From Azolla caroliniana (Eukaryota; Plantae; Polypodiophyta), in assembly GCA_043228905.1 (NCBI GenBank), contig JBHGNT010001248.1:1-10631 (forward strand): DNA of 10,631 nt. The letters are read 5' to 3'. Each line of letters begins with the position of its first letter. Within the stretch, counting starts at the first letter, position 1. The notes under the pieces are model-generated. The model had not been told where the DNA came from and ran no database searches. It saw only the letters and a program-made list of their open reading frames with translations. The position numbers were made by a program, and so were the translations under genes. Below are positions 6,601 through 10,631 of the stretch, one piece after another.

Positions 6601-8852
6601 TAAATAAATGTAGAAGTGATATGGCTGAAGGAGACCAGTTTCTCTCTAATCACGATAAAGTGCTGTAAACCAAACTGATGAAAGGAGAAGAGTTGAAGGA
6701 GGGTAATGCAATCCTATCTAAGGATGATCCATCCAATATTTTGTTGACAGTGTGTCATGAGGGTCTTATGTACTCTTGTGGGCCCATAGATGAGCATAAT
6801 CATATTCAGTTTCGTTTCTCTTTCAAGAAAACATGCAATTCACAGTGACTAGAGTTGGAACTATTAAATTAAATCTTTAGAAGAGTAATAAATCAAGAAT
6901 AAACAAGATAATACATTGTAAAGCAGAAAGAACGTGAAAGCCTTTCCTCTATACAGCATATAATATGAGACTTCAGATGTCCTGATAATTTTTTTTATAG
7001 ATTCACAGGTTTATCATATTTCAACTGAATATAAAAGTATAAAATATGGTGTAATTGAGAAACTTGCGTTTTACAACATTAAGGTTGTGGGTGCAACTCT
7101 CAAGTAATGGGTTTGATGTTGCGTGCATTATAAAATCCCATTATAATTTTATTCTGTGGTCATACAGACAAATCTGCACCTAAAAACATCTCAACAAAAT
7201 CAGTATTGAGATTATTTCTATGACCCAATGGTTGAAATGATAGAATTGTGCATTGAAAAGGCAATGCTAATAATTCGGTTATCTTTAAATTATGCACCAA
7301 TGTTTTTAAAACTAGTTTTTCAAAAGCAGTATACGGAATGTCAAAATCGCACAAATATGTTTGCTGTTCTCTCTCCTTTTGCATTATATATGTTATTGTT
7401 ATTGCAGAAATCTACATGAATGATATAATGCTGAACATTACGGAGTTTCTCTGCTGGGTGGTAGCGATCATCACGGCGTTTTTCATTGGCATTGGGCCGG
7501 TTGTGGACTACGTCTTCCGTGGAATTGTAGGGAACAAGAGAAGAGAATGTAAGAGCCATGTTCCACCCTTAACATTTGGTACCATTATGAAAAGAAACTT
7601 GCTAAGTGTTTTCAATTATAGATCACACATGGCTCCATGCCATTAAATATATAAAAAGAGAAAAAATGGATTTAAATAGAGAAAGATTCTCTTTTTTGGT
7701 ACTCCTAATTTAACAAAAAGACAATTTCACTTGCAATTTATTTTGATTTTTTAATAGCAATTCTTTAAATAAATAGGCATGCAAATCCAAAGTTATATCT
7801 AGCTATAACTTCAAAGAGAATAAACCACCTAAATTATATTAGAAACATGTTTAAATGAATCAGAAATTGTTTTTAACCTTAAAGCTATTAAAACTTTAGT
7901 GGGATGCGGCTCTGACCTCAAACCAGTTTATGATAAGAAGAAGATACCAGAGTCTCAGTATGGACTCTATGCATCAGAGTCCTTGAATTTCAGTAAACGA
8001 TTGGAATTCTTAGAGGAACAGATCGATCTTTTCAACAAAATGCGTGAGCCCTATGGTGCGTCAAAACAAGCAATTATCGATGAATCGTTGCATAGGATTA
8101 GATCGCTTGAAGAACAATTGGCTGAGACACGAAAGGTAAGCTTTTCTATTGAAATATGAAAGGAAGAATAACATCACAAACCCATAACTTTTTGAATATT
8201 TACCACATCACCCCTTAGTTTTGAAACTTACCAGATAACACATTTTTTAAAACAATTACCAGAATACCCCTCGGTCTTGTTGACAAATTTACTTCTGTGG
8301 ATGTGTATTCTGGGTATTCTTTGACAAAAAGGGTTGATCTGGTAAAATATATCCAAAATGATATTGAATATTTTGGTGAGTTTTTTAGGGTTTCTGGGGT
8401 TGCCAGGACCCAGTGATTTGGATTATTTTGCTTGATAACTCATAGGTCTAGACATCAATTCCCCCATTAAAAACAAAAGCAAAATGGAAGGTTCCAATAT
8501 CACCTATAGTTCTCTTCTTTATTTGACATGTATTTTTTGTTGTGTTTATTTGTTTTTGGAATAGACATTACGAACGGTGCTCGCAAAGCAAACTGATTTG
8601 TATGATTGTCTCGAAGAATTCAAAGATAAGAGATGGCAGGTGAGTAATTAAGTTGCAAAACTGTTGTTTTCTTTGCCATTTGTGCTTAAGACCAAAATAT
8701 CTCATTCAAATTTGAGATTTATTTATTTGTCAAGTGTACTTGATCTCTTCGTTTAAATTTGAGAATTTTTCCATTATTTGTTGTATTTAAGTCTGAAGTT
8801 TTAAATAATGATGATTTTGTTTACACAGAAGAAGAAAGCAAGTTGTTGGTGA
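3353..8852 (+). CDS. SFH: Sec14-nodulin phosphatidylinositol/phosphatidylcholine transfer protein (SFH family), 14 coding exons: join(3353..3645,3814..3913,4055..4321,4451..4528,4616..4717,4851..4900,4978..5077,5661..5753,5863..5979,6112..6247,7408..7578,7900..8135,8565..8639,8829..8852), 613 aa
   Basis: Manual splicing gives an uninterrupted 1842-nt frame with consistent intron phases. It contains CRAL-TRIO/Sec14 motifs ([75 protein letters not shown]), SFH linker motifs ([16 protein letters not shown]) and a C-terminal coiled-coil nodulin domain ending KKKASCW. The symbol is family-level only; the paralog cannot be assigned. Confidence 0.95.
3814..3913 (+). CDS. SFH: SFH coding exon 2 ([33 protein letters not shown])
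   Basis: CAG acceptor ends at 3813, AAG|GTACAG donor; CRAL-TRIO N-terminal motif. Confidence 0.95.
4055..4321 (+). CDS. SFH: SFH coding exon 3 ([10 protein letters not shown]...TTILDVSGL)
   Basis: CAG acceptor ends at 4054, TTG|GTAAGT donor; 89 codons of Sec14 core. Confidence 0.96.
4451..4528 (+). CDS. SFH: SFH coding exon 4 ([26 protein letters not shown]), followed by a GC donor
   Basis: CAG acceptor ends at 4450. Only GAG|GCATGT at 4528/4529 preserves the conserved NYPE|TL junction. Confidence 0.92.
4529..4615 (+). other. Non-canonical GC-AG intron (87 nt)
   Basis: AG|GCATGT...CACAG. The nearest GT (4533) would add 4 nt and frameshift the conserved domain. Confidence 0.88.
4616..4717 (+). 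CDS. SFH: SFH coding exon 5 ([34 protein letters not shown])
   Basis: CAG acceptor ends at 4615, AGC|GTAATA donor; conserved Sec14 motif. Confidence 0.95.
4851..4900 (+). CDS. SFH: SFH coding exon 6 ([16 protein letters not shown])
   Basis: TAG acceptor ends at 4850, AAG|GTAAAC donor (phase 2). Confidence 0.95.
4978..5077 (+). CDS. SFH: SFH coding exon 7 ([33 protein letters not shown])
   Basis: CAG acceptor ends at 4977, CAG|GTAAGA donor; end of the Sec14 domain. Confidence 0.96.
5661..5753 (+). CDS. SFH: SFH coding exon 8 ([31 protein letters not shown])
   Basis: TGCAG acceptor ends at 5660, AAG|GTCCAT donor; ARQIVTVS resembles the SFH linker. Confidence 0.85.
5863..5979 (+). CDS. SFH: SFH coding exon 9 ([17 protein letters not shown]...LSPVREE)
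   Basis: CAG acceptor ends at 5862, GAG|GTATTT donor; STxES and L(S/T)PVREE linker motifs. Confidence 0.88.
6112..6247 (+). CDS. SFH: SFH coding exon 10 (SQGRESVNR...[12 protein letters not shown]...NSIQ)
   Basis: Tandem acceptors TCTCAG TCTCAG allow a start at 6112 or 6118, both in frame. VPxVDKxVD motif. Weak donor AAG|GTCTCC is phase 1 and matches the next exon. Confidence 0.8.
6320..6430 (-). mobile_element. tRNA-derived SINE-like relic
   Basis: On the - strand: A-box-like TATCTCAGATGG (6422-6411), 31-nt spacer ending GAGGTCATAT, B-box GTTCAACCC (6379-6371) within a T-arm-like stem-loop ATATG-TTCAACC-CCTAT, and a short A-rich tail near 6326-6319. No clear TSD; boundaries approximate. 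Confidence 0.55.
7408..7578 (+). CDS. SFH: SFH coding exon 11 (hydrophobic segment [27 protein letters not shown]); 3' end at 7548 or 7578
   Basis: TTGCAG acceptor ends at 7407 (phase 1). Higher GC than flanks; hydrophobic helix as seen before SFH nodulin domains. Two phase-1 donors are possible: GTAAGA at 7549 and GTACCA at 7579. Confidence 0.7.
7900..8135 (+). CDS. SFH: SFH coding exon 12, nodulin (Nlj16-like) coiled coil ([10 protein letters not shown]...[14 protein letters not shown])
   Basis: TAG acceptor ends at 7899 (phase 1), AAG|GTAAGC donor; heptad pattern matches the KRLxELEEK...RVxALExEL..TKK nodulin consensus. Confidence 0.88.
8165..8400. mobile_element. Foldback/Mutator-like MITE relic in an SFH intron
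   Basis: Inverted arms 8228-8269 and 8303-8345 match at about 34 of 43 positions by eye. The left arm is built of ~27-30-nt subrepeats starting TTACCA. Outer ends and TSD not resolved. Confidence 0.5.
8565..8639 (+). CDS. SFH: SFH coding exon 13 ([25 protein letters not shown])
   Basis: T-rich tract and TAG acceptor ending at 8564, CAG|GTGAGT donor; matches the ALxxALxKQxELxxYI..K consensus. Confidence 0.9.
8829..8852 (+). CDS. SFH: SFH terminal coding exon (KKKASCW*)
   Basis: CAG acceptor ends at 8828; polybasic tail with penultimate Cys as in class II nodulin domains; TGA at 8850-8852. Confidence 0.85.
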   Translation, partial: KKKASCW

Positions 8853-9105
8853 TTCATCGATCTTCATTGTTCAATAAAATATCCAAATGAATCAAAATAA
8901 AATTAAAAAGGTCTTGGTCATCGTGAGTAATCTCTTAATTGTTTCATTTGGTGAAAAAGGCAGATGTTTAACTTTAACACCACATTTAAAAAAAATTTAT
9001 TATCTTACTAAGATTTGTGTAATAATCGCCAAACTTATATATGAGGCTTTGGTGAAAGGGCTTGATCTTTTATTATCCAATATAAAACTTTTCGACCTTT
9101 GAAAA

Positions 9106-9427
9106 AATAAAGTTAACTATACTGTTATTTAATTGAATTCTGGGCATTCAGAGATACTTATTACAATGTTATGGATTTACAATATTATGGAAACATAGAT
9201 ATAGAAGGATTTCAATCAAAAAATGAAAAACTAAAGAGAAGAGATTCAAATGATTGTAAATTGTAATAAAGTTAACTAAACTGTTATTTAATTGAATTCT
9301 GGGCATTCAGAGATACTTATTACAATATTATGGATTTACAATATTATGGAAACATAGATATAGAAGGATTTCAATCAAAAAATGAAAAACTAAAGATAAG
9401 TGATTCAAATGATTGTAAATTGTAATA
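9106..9427. repeat. Recent 159-bp tandem duplication (9106-9264 and 9265-9423)
   Basis: Four mismatches seen between the copies; AATA microhomology at 9106, 9265 and 9424. Confidence 0.97.
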
Positions 9428-10216
9428 TCTAAGGTGATTGAAAAAGTGTCTTTCGTAATACTTTTTAGCACATCTATACATCAATAATCTTGCTAAATTA
9501 TACACAACATATGCAAATACATTAAAAAATAGCTTCAACTACTCTGCTTAAAGAATTACCTCACTACAATAAATGGTTCAATCTCTATCTTTTAATCAGT
9601 TGCTCAACATACTCTGAGAAACAAGTTAAACCTACCTCTTGATGACACCTTTGGTAAAAACATTTATTGAGCTCGTTCAGCTATGTTCAGCTATTTGTCT
9701 ACTCTGTACAGTGAGACAAAATCTATTTAGAGAGAGACAGGTCCTTGCACATTGTGTGTATGTGATTATCATTCTTTGTTGTGTAGACTTCACTCACATG
9801 CTAGTGAATGTTCAGCTGTAGTTTCTTAGTGAATGTATCTCTCATAAACCTAATCATCATCTCATATTGGATGATATTCACAACAAACCTATTCCACGAA
9901 GTGAAATTGTTAATAAACCAAAATTCCTTTTGCTTCTGAACCTTATAAAACATCAAAATCAAAAGATAATACACACGTTTGCTATATACCTTCTTCACAT
10001 GATGATTGTCAACTTATTACTTAGTCCTCTTGCATTAAAATTTTTGTTGTGAGCCCAAAAAGCAAGATGTTCATAAGTATAAGCAAGAGTATGTTTTATT
10101 TGAGAGTATATTTGCTGTAAAAATCCCTGCAGCTTATCATAAAATCCCTAGAGCATATTATAAATCCTTTATAGTATTGCAAGAGTGTAGCATGAGAGCA
10201 CGAAGCATGTTTAACT

Positions 10217-10631
10217 CTATGTCTTACAATCAGTTATGTCTATACTCGCATATAAATGAGACATCAAGTTATATGCTATTACATCATTTCTATCCAAGGA
10301 CATTACATGTTTGAAGGCCATTTTACCAAGTTCCAAGTTCCCCCAACGTCTACAAGAATCTAATAGTGTGTGCCATACATTTATATCGTTTGGCAGTAGC
10401 ATCTTGTTAGTTATTTCTACAGCTTTATACAATTGGCCCAGACATCCAAGGATATTCACAAGGCTTGCACTGTGCTCACGCAATGGAAGGATACCATATT
10501 CTCTAGACATAATATCAAAATAAGTGTGACTCTTCTCCAACTGGCCTTTATATTGGCAGGCATGTAATACAACAGTAAATGTAACTTCATCAGGTATTAT
10601 ACCATCTTCTACCATTCTATCAAAAATGGAG
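10217..10631 (-). CDS. PLS-class pentatricopeptide repeat protein, 3' part (last PPR motifs plus E domain, no E+/DYW); 5'-partial
   Basis: The frame stays open to the window edge (SIFDRMVEDGIIPDEVTFTVVLHAC...). Contains an L2-like motif (PDEVTF..VL.AC...G), an S2-like motif (EH...LV.ILG..GQL..A), E1 (VWHTLLDSCRRWGNLELG) and the start of E2 (AYNLMSHLYA). TAG at 10219-10217. Confidence 0.93.
   Translation of the reverse strand, partial: SIFDRMVEDGIIPDEVTFTVVLHACQYKGQLEKSHTYFDIMSREYGILPLREHSASLVNILGCLGQLYKAVEITNKMLLPNDINVWHTLLDSCRRWGNLELGKMAFKHVMSLDRNDVIAYNLMSHLYASIDITDCKT

Noticed and set aside
6621-6848. Protein-like + strand frame (MAEGDQF...*...MKGEELKEG...) in the long intron as an extra SFH exon
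   Set aside because: It contains a stop, lacks a good acceptor/donor pair and SFH similarity, and the flanking exons already join in phase.
7563-7899. U12-type intron suggested by CCTTAAC/CCTTAA motifs
   Set aside because: Neither candidate donor matches the U12 5' consensus RTATCCTT.
8873-8878. AATAAA as the SFH poly(A) signal
   Set aside because: Only 20 nt after the stop and one of several such hexamers in AT-rich DNA; it cannot be assigned without 3'-end data.
8887-10052. Short ORFs 8887..9102, 9639..9821, 9801..9998 and 9867..10052
   Set aside because: 60-71 aa, dominated by AT-rich codons, with no motifs; consistent with chance ORFs in UTR or intergenic DNA.

Overview
AT-rich eukaryotic (land plant) nuclear DNA; nothing suggests a prokaryotic source. 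The main feature is a complete + strand Sec14-nodulin gene (SFH-family phosphatidylinositol/phosphatidylcholine transfer protein). It has 14 coding exons that I could splice in frame from ATG 3353 to TGA 8852 (about 603-613 aa depending on one donor choice), a 5'-UTR intron and one GC-AG intron. A convergent PLS-class PPR gene enters from the right edge on the - strand and stops inside its E domain. Its wording and early stop resemble fern PLS-PPRs, but the taxon is my inference. Non-coding DNA holds two head-to-tail duplications, an (ATCC)n-derived array, telomere-like and GAA microsatellites, a cryptic ~163-bp tandem array filling the 5'-UTR intron, a tRNA-derived SINE-like relic, a foldback/MULE-like MITE relic and a possible decayed CACTA TnpA-like ORF. 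The most interesting lead is the long intron before the nodulin-coding exons. It carries ordered antisense splice signals and is followed by in-frame ATGs, recalling the intronic bidirectional promoter behind Lotus Nlj16. That is a hypothesis; no new biological system is demonstrated by the sequence alone.
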